Below are positions 48,605-58,092 of a stretch of 64,000 nt of DNA, one piece after another. Location of the stretch: assembly GCA_034439715.1 (NCBI GenBank), contig JAWXAY010000027.1:1-64000 (forward strand), given 5' to 3'. Each line of letters starts with the position of its first letter. Within the stretch, counting starts at the first letter, position 1. Position numbers and translations under genes: made by a program. The stretch comes from Pseudomonadota bacterium (GTDB lineage: Bacteria; Bdellovibrionota; Bdellovibrionia; Bdellovibrionales; SG-bin7). The notes beneath the pieces were generated by a model that worked only from the letters and a program-made list of their open reading frames with translations, ran no database searches and had not been told where the DNA came from.

Positions 48605-49666
48605 TTACAATATTGTGACAGGATCAAAATCTACGGCTATCGCAGCGCCTTGCTGAGGAATAGCCGAACCGTGGAACGAAATTGAATTGGCATCAGCGCG
48701 ATAACTCCAACCATTAATGGCATCCTCAGGAACAAGTACTCCACCCACTTTCACCGTTATAGTCGCGACAATAGGAGCGCGACTTAAAAAGAATTGTGTG
48801 CTGAGTGTGGCAATCTGATTTGAAATTTCCACCATCGACGGTCCAAAATCGGCCTGGCAAATATCGCCGATAACTCCATTAGTTTTTGTCACGAGATCCA
48901 TAATGCGAACCATGTTCGTACCGCCCTGACAAGGAGCTGCGCTCTGGGTCATAGCTGAGACGCTATATCTAGCGGTGTAGCCGCTCGTACCCGTCGCTTG
49001 ATCTAAAAAATCTTTGTAAACAGTTACTGAATCCAAAGTCGGGGCATTGTACCGACCACTATTATTACAGCCTGTGCAACGACCGTTACCGCTAAAGTCA
49101 TCTTGGTTATCGACAATAACCACGGCCAAATAAGAATCCGATCGTAAAAAGCCTGCGTTTATCGGACGCGTATTTAAGAGAGCTTGGCGAAAACTAGAAA
49201 AGGCGCGACCGTCTTGGCCTGCTGTATTTTTAGAGGGTTTTGCATTAATGGCAAATACGCTTAATAAATTGGGGTTAGTCGGTTCAATCACAAAGTAATT
49301 TGAATAAACGCTGCCGTTGAAGTCATTAAAATCTGCTAGCGAAACGTTGAGAGGGTTATATCCACTCAATGTGGAATCAGCCATATAACCGGAACTTGTG
49401 GTCACGGCAATTTTATAGTCAAAACCTTTCGACTGAAAAAGGTTCATAAAACTTGAAAAACTCACAACTAATGATTGTTGAAATGAAGACATACTCGGCT
49501 GATCGTTAATTACAAAAAGCACATCTAATTTATTGTTGGCCGAGGTTGTTTGAATAAATGTGTCTGTCTCTGGCAATAAACTAAGACTGGGATTTCGCTC
49601 GCTGCAACCAACAAGAGTCAAACTTAGAAACCCAATAATTAACGATATGTTTTTTATGAATTCCAT
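48605..49666 (-). CDS. vWA-like lipoprotein
   Basis: LVGC lipobox; LDVLFVINDQPSM, IAVTTS, FLR....LAVVIV and GDIC..DF motifs; C-terminal beta domain. Confidence 0.75.
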   Translation of the reverse strand: MEFIKNISLIIGFLSLTLVGCSERNPSLSLLPETDTFIQTTSANNKLDVLFVINDQPSMSSFQQSLVVSFSSFMNLFQSKGFDYKIAVTTSSGYMADSTLSGYNPLNVSLADFNDFNGSVYSNYFVIEPTNPNLLSVFAINAKPSKNTAGQDGRAFSSFRQALLNTRPINAGFLRSDSYLAVVIVDNQDDFSGNGRCTGCNNSGRYNAPTLDSVTVYKDFLDQATGTSGYTARYSVSAMTQSAAPCQGGTNMVRIMDLVTKTNGVIGDICQADFGPSMVEISNQIATLSTQFFLSRAPIVATITVKVGGVLVPEDAINGWSYRADANSISFHGSAIPQQGAAIAVDFDPVTIL

Positions 49667-49953
49667 AACTACGCCTCTCCGTTCCGGGATAACATTACTG
49701 ATTTAATGTTATCTTTTATCCTTGTTTAAAGTCAAAACTCCCAATCCCAACGGCTTTGTTAGTGAATTAATTGATAAGGTAATCTTAACTCACGATAGAT
49801 TAGTGTTTTCGATTACTTACCAAAAGCGGCTGTTTTCGATTATATTTTTAGTGGTAACGACTTCGACGAAAAACCGCACTTTCCGAGTTGGTGATGGTAG
49901 AAAGTACGGTTGTTACTATTTGAGACGTAAGCTTCTGAGAATTTTTTAGGAGT

Positions 49954-50376
49954 CTATTTATTTTTGCCGCGACCGCCGCCACCTTTGTCGCCGCGTGCAT
50001 TGGCCCGATCTATTTTGTCCCCTTTGTCGCCTTTGTCTGATTTGTCTGCTTTATCAGCCTTGTGCATATCTGAAACAGAATGCCCAATCTCACTGGGATG
50101 AACACCCAATTCATTGGCGATTCTTCCCCAGCCCATTTTTTGATCGAGGCGCATTGCCGAAACTTCTTCGATTGTTTTTCCGGAGCTTTTTGAAAAGTTG
50201 GCTATACGAACGGCGTCGTTTCCAGTTAAGCCTTTGTCTTCCAAATATTTTACCTGATCATCTGTTAAATTGTATTCGGTTTTAACTTCTGTTTTCCACT
50301 CAGTTTTTTTGCTGTCATCAGCATAGGTTGCATTCGCTATTAGGAAAAGAGAGAGACCTAGAATTAATTTTTTCAT
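49954..50376 (-). CDS. Secreted hypothetical protein with DKx-repeat tail
   Basis: TYA signal; MGWGRIANELG motif; DKADKSDKGDKGDK. Confidence 0.8.
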   Translation of the reverse strand: MKKLILGLSLFLIANATYADDSKKTEWKTEVKTEYNLTDDQVKYLEDKGLTGNDAVRIANFSKSSGKTIEEVSAMRLDQKMGWGRIANELGVHPSEIGHSVSDMHKADKADKSDKGDKGDKIDRANARGDKGGGGRGKNK

Positions 50377-50394
50377 TTCGTACCTCCAAAAATA

Positions 50395-51276
50395 TTAAAA
50401 ATAATAACTGAACCACGCACCTATAGAACTACTTGCGTAGTTAAGTAGTGTACTTACACTTCGCTGATTGTAAATAAGAATTTGTGTGCCGATACCTTTA
50501 TTAGGGTCTAGTTGTTTTTCATAACCCAAGCTGACACTATTTGAGGACACACTCTCCTGCCGGTTAGCAACTCCGATAAGACGACCGCGATTGGAGTAAA
50601 TGGGCGCCGTTGTCCCATAACGATTGGGATAATTAGTGGAGCTCATTACTAAGCGCGCAAAAGCTAGAGAACTATTTGTGATCTTAAAATTAGCTTCTCC
50701 AAATAAAAGGGATTTATTAAAACTATATTGAGAGTCGCTTGAAACATTAAAATAAAAAACTAGACCAGTCGACAATTGCAGCTGGGTATTTAATTGAAAA
50801 TAATATTCAACAGCACCTGAAGGACGTACATCAGTCCGCCGCGACGCACCCGAAAACCTATATAACATAAAATCGGGAATGATTAATAACGTACTTTTTC
50901 CCCAAAAAAATTTTCGTCGAATATCGGCACCAGCGGATATAAGATTTATATTTTCATTGGCTAATCGAGAATCGTTATCTAAATAATATTGTAACAATAC
51001 TTTTCCGAAAGGTTCCCATTTGTTAAATGGCGTGGCTAATTTTCGCGAGTAACTGCCACCCAAACTATCAAGATTATTTTCTTGAACAAATTTTTCAAAG
51101 TAGATGTTCCCGCTCTGCTTAAAATCTGAGAACCTACCCGTAAACCTTATGTACATATCAGATTCTTCAAGAGCTTGGCTTTGATAGACGTTGTTGTCCA
51201 AAAAAGCCCGCGTTTCGAATTCGGTCGCTGCGAATAGTAAACTGGAAGTAAGGTGTAAAATAATATTGATGAACAT
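50395..51276 (-). CDS. Probable outer-membrane beta-barrel protein
   Basis: Aromatic-rich alternating strands; C-terminal WFSYYF. Confidence 0.7.
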   Translation of the reverse strand: MFINIILHLTSSLLFAATEFETRAFLDNNVYQSQALEESDMYIRFTGRFSDFKQSGNIYFEKFVQENNLDSLGGSYSRKLATPFNKWEPFGKVLLQYYLDNDSRLANENINLISAGADIRRKFFWGKSTLLIIPDFMLYRFSGASRRTDVRPSGAVEYYFQLNTQLQLSTGLVFYFNVSSDSQYSFNKSLLFGEANFKITNSSLAFARLVMSSTNYPNRYGTTAPIYSNRGRLIGVANRQESVSSNSVSLGYEKQLDPNKGIGTQILIYNQRSVSTLLNYASSSIGAWFSYYF

Positions 51277-51421
51277 CGAAATATGTTAAGTGTTATCGCA
51301 GAAAACGCACGGACTAAGATTTCAGAACGCACAGCGTTCTGAGTTTCTTTAGGCCTTTAGGTCAAAGGAGCTAAAACCCTCAAGTCTAATTTAAAAGCGA
51401 GACGCCAAGGTTTGATTGGTA

Positions 51422-51589
51422 TCAGTTGCGCGTTATCGGAAATATTTGAATGCACGCTTGAGCAATTACTTTTTTATCTTGTTCCAGGTTCGGTAAGCTT
51501 AAATATCTTTCTAATAACTCTTTCATTTCAGATTTTAATTCCAATAATTTATCCTCGGAAAGAGAAATCGTCGTCGCGCTAAAAAGGGA
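51422..51589 (-). pseudogene. 3' remnant of a DUF4423/TIGR02147-like gene
   Basis: Manual translation SLFSATTISLSEDKLLELKSEMKELLERYLSL...VIAQACIQIFPITRN*; no credible start, and the 5' part is missing. Confidence 0.6.
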
Positions 51590-51795
51590 CTTATAGGTGA
51601 GATTAAAAATGTTAAGAGCAAAGTTCCTACTGAGAAGTTAAAGCGGGCCCAAGATTACCATCGTAAAGCTCATTTTTTTTAGACTTTGTAGAAGCTGAAA
51701 ACTCAACAGGCTTTCACGCACACGAAGAAGCTTTACGCTTATTAGGTTTTTCCATTGAAAATACTCGGAAAGGACAAAAGGCTTTGCGCCAATAA
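51587..51795 (+). pseudogene. nrfA: 3' remnant of ammonia-forming cytochrome c nitrite reductase, frameshifted
   Basis: Manual translation ...AQDYHRKA[Q]FFLDFVEAENSTGFHAHEEALRLLGFSIENTRKGQKALRQ*, with a 1-bp deletion near 51672. AENSxGFHA is the NrfA C-terminal motif. Confidence 0.8.
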
Positions 51796-51824
51796 AAAAA
51801 ATAAGGCATTTTATAGAACCTAGA

Positions 51825-51878
51825 AAAATTTGGTAGGAGTTGAGGGGCTCGAACCCCCGACATCCACCTTGTAAGGGT
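51825..51878. repeat. att direct repeat (duplicated 3' part of tRNA-Val)
   Basis: 54 bp identical to 59239..59292. Confidence 0.97.
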
Positions 51879-52007
51879 CCCTGGGCTTATTTTACTAACC
51901 AATTAATAAGGCTTATTTTTTCCGATATTCTTTGTTTTATCATTTAGTTAAGTTGCTTCTGATGGTGTGCCTACGTTTCTGACAAATCATGATAGTTCGG
52001 GTTAGTT

Positions 52008-52028
52008 TGGGCTGTAGTGGGCAGTGAA
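52008..52028. repeat. Putative integrase arm-type site (left)
   Basis: TGGGCTGTAGTGGGCAGTGAA, identical to 59156..59176. Confidence 0.75.
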
Positions 52029-52153
52029 GGCTTACGCCACATAACCCAAATCCTGCTAAACCAATAGTTGATCATCTATAATTTTTTGGTGCCAGCTTTA
52101 CGCCCAATAGGAAACTAAGAATTGAAAATCCCCGCCACAATCAACCTAGACAT

Positions 52154-52789
52154 TTACGCACTTATCGGCTCTGTGCTGGTTTCGTTTTTGCTATATGCAG
52201 AGTCTGGAAATAAAGCGTTTGCGGCGTCCAAGCATGCCTGCATTGCGATATCGATATTATGGTTCAGGTGATCAAAGAGCGCATCTGTCAACTTAAGACG
52301 AAATAGAATTGTTGTACTTGTTTTTATGTGCTCGAAGGATTGAAATTCACTTCCTTTTGCCTTTACCAACTCGTAGACCTTTTCATCAAAGTCGTCACTA
52401 ATAAGTCCCTGGTTTTCAAAGCGGCACTGAAACACAAATTGTTTTGCCACATACTTGTCATAAACTGTTTCAAAGTACAGATACGCAGAGTTTTTTCTAA
52501 AAACTTTCGCACCTGGAATCTTCACGTCAATTCCTAGTGTCACGCGGGCAGCATGATTCAGCCAAGATCCTTCTCTGTCTCGAGAGTCATCTTCTGGCTC
52601 TTGCCAGCGCATTTTTTTATTCGACTTCTCATCCTGGTTAAGTCTTTTTGTGGCGGCAAAAAGGTGATCCAGAATGATAGCATTCAAGTTATTCAGCTCT
52701 TTCTCGAAAATCTGTCTAGCTTCGTCAAGGCAGGCGATATTAGTGTTATAAGCGACTCCAACCTCTGAAAATCTGTGGTCCTTACTCAT
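52154..52789 (-). CDS. Hypothetical protein coupled to the nuclease gene
   Basis: 8-bp overlap with the upstream nuclease gene; GAGG RBS. Confidence 0.8.
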   Translation of the reverse strand: MSKDHRFSEVGVAYNTNIACLDEARQIFEKELNNLNAIILDHLFAATKRLNQDEKSNKKMRWQEPEDDSRDREGSWLNHAARVTLGIDVKIPGAKVFRKNSAYLYFETVYDKYVAKQFVFQCRFENQGLISDDFDEKVYELVKAKGSEFQSFEHIKTSTTILFRLKLTDALFDHLNHNIDIAMQACLDAANALFPDSAYSKNETSTEPISA

Positions 52790-53720
52790 TTTTTACCTCA
52801 TTCCAAAATCGTTTTGTTTCAATTGCTAGCTCTACTTTCGTTTCTATAAAAATATGGAACAGCTCGTTTAAGTAAAATGTGTTCAATGCGCTGGCCATTG
52901 AGCCCGGCAACAGGTGTACTTTGGCTTGTTGAATTAAGCTATACAGTTGCCAAAATGTAATCGACTTAAATTTTTTCGATTTTGCAGGAATACCGTCCGG
53001 AGAAAGCAATAAGCCGATTACTTCTTTTTTTCGATAAGGAGAGCGAGGCCCCATTGCCGCACTAAAATAGTCCTCCGTTTGATGATCAGATTCCAGAGCT
53101 AACACCTTATTTTCGATGATTAAGACATGGTCGCGCCCTTCAATCAAAATATCTATTCTTCTTTCACCTATGTCTGAATTATTTAGCGACTGGTCGATCG
53201 ACGAAAGCGTGAGTTCACGATGACAACTTATTACTTCAACGGCATCAAACTTAACTAGTGCTCCGGCATGTCTCAGTAGGCCACTGAACAATGAATGAGC
53301 GGCTTTCCCACATCGAACGGGATTTAATAAACCTGCTAAAACGTCAGAATGAAGATTTTCACCATAAGTCTTATCAATTGCAGAAAAAATACTAGGACTA
53401 ATATTGGTGGGTTTTTCAACCTCTTCTACCGCAGCTGCTAATGCCAAACTTGTATTTTTGATCGAATTTAATACTTGCCTCTGGCCCCTTTTATTCATTT
53501 CAACTCTTTGTTCTCTTGGGTGAGCGGCGAGTGCTGTACTAAGTTTGGTTATCGCGACCAAGTACTCAGATGTACCCCGCGGGCATTGCGCGCCGTGTTC
53601 TGGCTTTTGAGGATGTAATGACGTAGTCCTTTTCACCACTTCAAAAATTGCGCTCAAAACAGGATTTGTTTGCATAAACTTTATTCGGTACTCTGATATA
53701 AATTGTTTAGAAACGATCAT
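52782..53720 (-). CDS. PD-(D/E)XK nuclease (PDDEXK_4-like)
   Basis: EN.HSD.LA.LLNP, RE, RIDILI, IIENKV and HQ..DY motifs. Exact start uncertain. Confidence 0.85.
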   Translation of the reverse strand: MIVSKQFISEYRIKFMQTNPVLSAIFEVVKRTTSLHPQKPEHGAQCPRGTSEYLVAITKLSTALAAHPREQRVEMNKRGQRQVLNSIKNTSLALAAAVEEVEKPTNISPSIFSAIDKTYGENLHSDVLAGLLNPVRCGKAAHSLFSGLLRHAGALVKFDAVEVISCHRELTLSSIDQSLNNSDIGERRIDILIEGRDHVLIIENKVLALESDHQTEDYFSAAMGPRSPYRKKEVIGLLLSPDGIPAKSKKFKSITFWQLYSLIQQAKVHLLPGSMASALNTFYLNELFHIFIETKVELAIETKRFWNEVKNE

Positions 53721-53792
53721 GCTTTATTACTACTTCTTTGGCCTAGTAATAAAGGACTGTGCCCACGTAATGTTAAAGTGAACGGTGTCTCA

Positions 53793-54020
53793 TTAAAACT
53801 CTTTCAAAAGTTGGGAAAGAGAAATTTTATAAAGTTTGGAAAGTTTTTTTATCGTAACCAAAGTAACATTCTTACCTGATTCTACCCTTTGCAAATGTCG
53901 CCAAGAAGACCATCCATGCTCTTCAGTCTCTTCTAAAGTCCAGCCCCTCGCTTCACGAAGCTGACGAAGTCGCAACCCAAGACCTTTTAGGAATTTAGAA
54001 TCCTCTTTTGAGATCGGCAT
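53793..54020 (-). CDS. XRE-family HTH regulator
   Basis: LG.RLRQLR..RGWT.E...LQRVESGKNVTL.TI.KL. Confidence 0.88.
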   Translation of the reverse strand: MPISKEDSKFLKGLGLRLRQLREARGWTLEETEEHGWSSWRHLQRVESGKNVTLVTIKKLSKLYKISLSQLLKEF

Positions 54021-54113
54021 ATTAAAGAGGTTTTCATGTACCTCCGATAATGAGTACTACCGATATTAGGTAAAAATTCACAGGGAAAGTATCTAGTTGC
54101 ATACATTATCCCC

Positions 54114-54141
54114 TAAGGAAAATTTATTGGCTTGCCGATAA
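54114..54141 (+). promoter_or_regulatory. FliA promoter with consensus -10, leaderless
   Basis: TAAG-N16-GCCGATAA ending 6 bp before GTG 54148. Confidence 0.6.
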
Positions 54142-54147
54142 GAACAT

Positions 54148-54702
54148 GTGAAGACATTTTTACTGTTATTAACATGTTGTTTAGTGGGGTGTAAAAAGTC
54201 AGAGCCTCCGGCGGAGGCAGGTTTTATAGAGCCCACTTGTAATCTAAACGCACCTACACAATTAGTAGTGCCAACCAGCTCTACCGGTAATGACGACAGA
54301 CCCGCGTATCCCATATCAGACACCCTAGACGGTGATCCACTGACCTTCATGACAACTAACACTGTAAGCCTAAATCAGACCGTCTATATATCTTATCAAA
54401 TGCCTTCGGAAGTTAACTTGTCTTCGATCGCAGTGGTGGATAACTATACTAATAATTTTAACATGGGAGACCTCTCTGTATTCGTTTCTGATGATTCAAC
54501 CAATGGAGTTAACGGCTACTGGAGACTTGCGGCGAGTAGGTCGTCCTCAAATAACGATTTTGTTAGCGGTGATGGTACAATTGAAATAGATAAATGTAGT
54601 GTCACATGGCTTAAGCTATCAATGAAATATACCGGAACAGGTGCCTATGGCGGCACCCCCGCCTTTTATTTATCTGAAATAACTTTTACTGCGTTTCAAT
54701 AG
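54148..54702 (+). CDS. Lipoprotein with discoidin/F5-8 type C-like beta-sandwich
   Basis: LVGC lipobox; LDGD..TF, V.VSDD....W and LSEI.F motifs. Confidence 0.75.
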   Translation: MKTFLLLLTCCLVGCKKSEPPAEAGFIEPTCNLNAPTQLVVPTSSTGNDDRPAYPISDTLDGDPLTFMTTNTVSLNQTVYISYQMPSEVNLSSIAVVDNYTNNFNMGDLSVFVSDDSTNGVNGYWRLAASRSSSNNDFVSGDGTIEIDKCSVTWLKLSMKYTGTGAYGGTPAFYLSEITFTAFQ

Positions 54703-54717
54703 TTACCAAAGATGCTT

Positions 54718-55143
54718 TTATCGACCGCTATCCGAATTAATAAGCCTTAGCATAACTGAATGCCCAAAGCCGGGAACACTCAAAAGTTCATCCATAAATT
54801 TTGGATTTCTCACCCGCTCGGTAAGTGTCGGTTCTGCACGTCTCGACTCTTCTCTTCCTAGAGTCTGTTCAAGAAAAAATTCCAGACGTTTATAGTCGCC
54901 AACTTTAATCGCTGCGAGAATTACTTTAGCGACTATTAATTCGATTGCACTTATGTTACTGGCAGCCCTGGCCTTGAGGTCATTTTCACTCAAATATAAA
55001 TAGGTATTGAGAATTCGAGTAAACTCAACCCTATTCAGAGCTCGCGCTTCTCTTATATCTTCTGGTAGAGCGGGCCGTCCGCCGGGGTTCCCGGACTCAC
55101 CTTTGATAAAATTTCGTCCACCTGTCTTTTTACCAATCGCCAT
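54718..55143 (-). CDS. DUF5681 family protein (small-terminase-like)
   Basis: KTGGR.F.KGESGNPGGRP, then helical AI..GD...LEF.LE..LGR. Confidence 0.8.
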   Translation of the reverse strand: MAIGKKTGGRNFIKGESGNPGGRPALPEDIREARALNRVEFTRILNTYLYLSENDLKARAASNISAIELIVAKVILAAIKVGDYKRLEFFLEQTLGREESRRAEPTLTERVRNPKFMDELLSVPGFGHSVMLRLINSDSGR

Positions 55144-55289
55144 GTTGATATTCTAGCGAAGTTTTATGGCTGTTAACAGCAGATTCTATTGTTCAATTCT
55201 CAAAATGTTACACTATGTTGCTGCTATGTAATCCATAAAATATTACCTTCTTGACGGCCTCAATACACTTTACTAAAAACGTCACTAAT

Positions 55290-55988
55290 ATGAAAGAAAA
55301 CGAAAATTCTGGAGTCATAACATCCGAGATTTCTCAGGCACTTGCTGCTCACTGTTCATTACCGAGCGCACTCATTCGGGACCCCAACCTTGATGTATCT
55401 GCGTTCATTGCTTTGCGCACTGATCCCGTATCCGGCAACATGTGTAACCCCACACCGGGACAGAGAAAACATTTAAAAAGGACATCCAAAATCTCAATGG
55501 ATCTTCGCAACACAATTTTATTGCCGAGACCTGTTCCCCTTCGGATCATACTAGCGGAGATGCATGAGTTTTATCTGGATCTGTCTAATCAGGACATAAT
55601 TGAGAAAGGCGCTTGGCCGACAATTCAGAAAATCCTAGCCACAAATCCAGACAAGTGGGATGTCCTTGATTTTAGCCACAATAAACGTCCGATTGAAAAA
55701 ATAGAAGAATTGGCCAGAGCTAAAGTCTCAGAAAAGCGCCATCGTGGCGAGGTTTGGCTAGGGAAAGCCCCATATATTGATCGAATAAGAGTAATTTATC
55801 CATATCTATTAATGAAAAACTTTGAAGATGTTAAAAATCGACTGTTAGCACTTAATAAGAACGCAAAAATACGATTCCCTTGCTTTGACCCTCGCCTTCT
55901 AAAATGTTTTGAGGCTGAAATTATGCTTTCTTTTTATGTGAAGAAAATTAATACACGCGATCTTTTGCGAAACATTTTTAATATTTAA
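55290..55988 (+). CDS. Hypothetical protein of the element
   Basis: Long ORF; start at ATG 55290 or TTG 55251. Confidence 0.65.
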   Translation: MKENENSGVITSEISQALAAHCSLPSALIRDPNLDVSAFIALRTDPVSGNMCNPTPGQRKHLKRTSKISMDLRNTILLPRPVPLRIILAEMHEFYLDLSNQDIIEKGAWPTIQKILATNPDKWDVLDFSHNKRPIEKIEELARAKVSEKRHRGEVWLGKAPYIDRIRVIYPYLLMKNFEDVKNRLLALNKNAKIRFPCFDPRLLKCFEAEIMLSFYVKKINTRDLLRNIFNI

Positions 55989-56152
55989 GTCCCTTTTGTT
56001 CGTTGCTCCATCAGACAGGGCACATATAAGTAATTGAAACCATTGAGCATCAGGCCAGTATTCTTTTCATGCAATTTAAAATCTACCAAACCTCCTCCTA
56101 AAAAAATTTCATAATATATTCTAAGCACAATTTATTTCCAAGGAGGAAAAAA

Positions 56153-56365
56153 ATGAATTTTAAACTTTTAATGGCTTTAAAAGGTCAAAATATGACGTCA
56201 TGGCAGGTCGCCCTAGCGTCAAAAATAAGCTCGAGTCGCTTTTCAAGAATACTGAACTTTCCCGAGGCGGTGAAACCCACCAAAACAGAGGCTCAAAGCA
56301 TCGCAAAAATACTTGGTGTGCCTGTCAACGAACTTTTTTCTGAGTTTCAGGAGGAAAAAAAATGA
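56153..56365 (+). CDS. Cro/XRE-like HTH protein
   Basis: QVA.ASKIS.SRFSRI...IAKILGVPVNELF; strong AGGAGG RBS. Confidence 0.85.
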   Translation: MNFKLLMALKGQNMTSWQVALASKISSSRFSRILNFPEAVKPTKTEAQSIAKILGVPVNELFSEFQEEKK

Positions 56366-56568
56366 GTCGCAACAATTTTAAAAAACAGTATTCAGGAAAC
56401 CTCTCTGCCGCTAACTACCACATAGATATGGCTTTTAAGATTCTAGAAAGCGTTTCCCTTGGCCTAAATGAACATCTGATCTCAGATAATTACACTCAAA
56501 TTATGTCTGGTAAGGAAAAGTGCAATAGTTTGATTCAAGACCTGAGGGATTCAAATGAAAAACAATGA
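56362..56568 (+). CDS. Small hypothetical protein
   Basis: ATGA coupling; GGAGG RBS. Confidence 0.7.
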   Translation: MSRNNFKKQYSGNLSAANYHIDMAFKILESVSLGLNEHLISDNYTQIMSGKEKCNSLIQDLRDSNEKQ

Positions 56569-57868
56569 TTCAAACTGGCCCTCACCTCCCAGCGAAATGG
56601 CTTACTGGGGGCTCGCTGGTCAGATAGTCAAAACTATTGAGCCGCATACCGAAGCTGACCCCGTAGCACTTTTAATTCAGCTCTTGGCTGCCTTCGGTAA
56701 TGTCGTAGGTCGTAATCCCTGTTTTATGGCTGAAGCTGATCGACACGGTACAAACTTGTTTGTTGTGAATGTGGGTCTGACCGCAAAGGGGCGAAAGGGA
56801 GTTTCATGGGGTCACATATCACGACTATTTGAGCGAGTATGTCCCGAATGGCACTCAAACAATATAAAAAATGGTCTCGCGTCGGGCGAAGGGGTTTTAT
56901 GGGCCATCAGAGACCCAGTGATTTCATCAAAAGACGAAACTACTGACGCCGGAGTGCCCGACAAGCGCTTACTATGTATTGAGTCCGAATTTGCCACGAT
57001 CTTGAAACTTGTAAGTAGAGAGGGAAACATTCTGTCGCCAATTTTACGTGAAGCATGGGACGGCAAAACATTATACAGTTTAACTAAAAACAGCCCTCTT
57101 AAAGTTACGTCACCACATATTTCAGTCATTGGGCATATTACCAAGATCGAGCTAAATAGATTTCTTAACCAAATTGAAATTTCTAATGGCCTAGGTAATA
57201 GATTTTTATTCTTTTGCGTTCACCGTTCAAAATGTCTCCCAGATGGCGGTAAGCTCGAAGACCGCTTTATCGACCAAATGGCTGATGAGCTGAGATCATC
57301 TGTGAAATATTCTCACGAAATAAAAGAATTAAAACGTAACGACGAGGCAAATAATCTTTGGCGATCAATTTACGCGAAGCTCTCCGAAGGGCGAATGGGC
57401 ATTGCTGGCTCAATTTTAGGGCGATCAGAGGCTCAAGTGATGCGATTGGCAACTATAACTGCGTTACTAAATCGTAAATCTGAAATTACCAGGGAATGCC
57501 TTGAGGCAGCCTTGGCGATATTTGAATATTGTGAACGGTCAGCGATGTATTTATTTGGAGACTCCCTCGGAGACCCCACGGCAGACACACTCTTGTTCGA
57601 AATTCGCAATAACCCAGATGGCCTGAGCCGAACCGTAATCAGAGATCTCTTTAATCGTAACAAGTCTAAAGGCACAATTGAGGGCTCACTTAGGCTTTTA
57701 GAACAGAGCGGATTTATCGAAAAAATAATACTGCCCGGAGTTAAGCCCACCGAAATATGGATCCCAGTAAGTACGACCAAGACGACAAAGACGACCGACC
57801 TAATAGAGTCCAGCCCACCAATGTCGTCAACATCGTCAATGTCGTTACCCCCAGGCGGTAACCAATGA
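56555..57868 (+). CDS. DUF3987/YfjI-family P-loop replication protein
   Basis: TEADP.A, NLFVV.VG.T.KGRKG, ESEF, LREAWDG, SVIGHIT and G..NRFL motifs; C-terminal wHTH. Confidence 0.82.
   Translation: MKNNDSNWPSPPSEMAYWGLAGQIVKTIEPHTEADPVALLIQLLAAFGNVVGRNPCFMAEADRHGTNLFVVNVGLTAKGRKGVSWGHISRLFERVCPEWHSNNIKNGLASGEGVLWAIRDPVISSKDETTDAGVPDKRLLCIESEFATILKLVSREGNILSPILREAWDGKTLYSLTKNSPLKVTSPHISVIGHITKIELNRFLNQIEISNGLGNRFLFFCVHRSKCLPDGGKLEDRFIDQMADELRSSVKYSHEIKELKRNDEANNLWRSIYAKLSEGRMGIAGSILGRSEAQVMRLATITALLNRKSEITRECLEAALAIFEYCERSAMYLFGDSLGDPTADTLLFEIRNNPDGLSRTVIRDLFNRNKSKGTIEGSLRLLEQSGFIEKIILPGVKPTEIWIPVSTTKTTKTTDLIESSPPMSSTSSMSLPPGGNQ
57772..57847. repeat. Iteron-like array: 3x ACGAC facing 3x (G/A)TCGT, 9-bp period
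   Basis: tACGACcaa gACGACaaa gACGACcga -22 bp- atGTCGTca acATCGTca atGTCGTta. Confidence 0.75.
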
Positions 57869-58080
57869 ACAAATTAATCACACCAGACAATCTTTCTGAA
57901 CTGTTACAGGTGCCTAAATCCTGGATCTATGAAAATGCAAAGTCGGGCAAAATCCCATCAATCCGACTTGGCAAATACGTTAGGTTTGACCTCGATGCCG
58001 TACAAAAGGTACTAAACCAACAGACCCAAGGATCTTTGAAAATTGAGGCTATAGAATATCGTCGGAAAAGTAAGCCATAG
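57865..58080 (+). CDS. Excisionase / AlpA-like HTH_17 protein
   Basis: LIT...LSELLQV.KSWIY....GKIPSIRLG.YVRFD. Confidence 0.9.
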   Translation: MNKLITPDNLSELLQVPKSWIYENAKSGKIPSIRLGKYVRFDLDAVQKVLNQQTQGSLKIEAIEYRRKSKP

Positions 58081-58092
58081 AAAGGAATTTTT

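Noticed and set aside
49804..49842. TGTTTTCGATTA direct repeat (2 copies) and ORF 49722..49949
   Set aside because: There are only two AT-rich copies, and the ORF lacks an RBS and motifs; support is insufficient.
51433..51462. FliA-like TCAAG...TCCGATAA suggesting an sRNA ending at the hairpin near 51322-51342
   Set aside because: The -10 match is the F-P-I-T codons of the DUF4423-like remnant, and the hairpin is explicable as that gene's terminator.
51714..51902. 62-aa ORF, or a second tRNA-Val at 51831
   Set aside because: This is the att duplication, which lacks the tRNA 5' half, and it lies antisense to the nrfA remnant.
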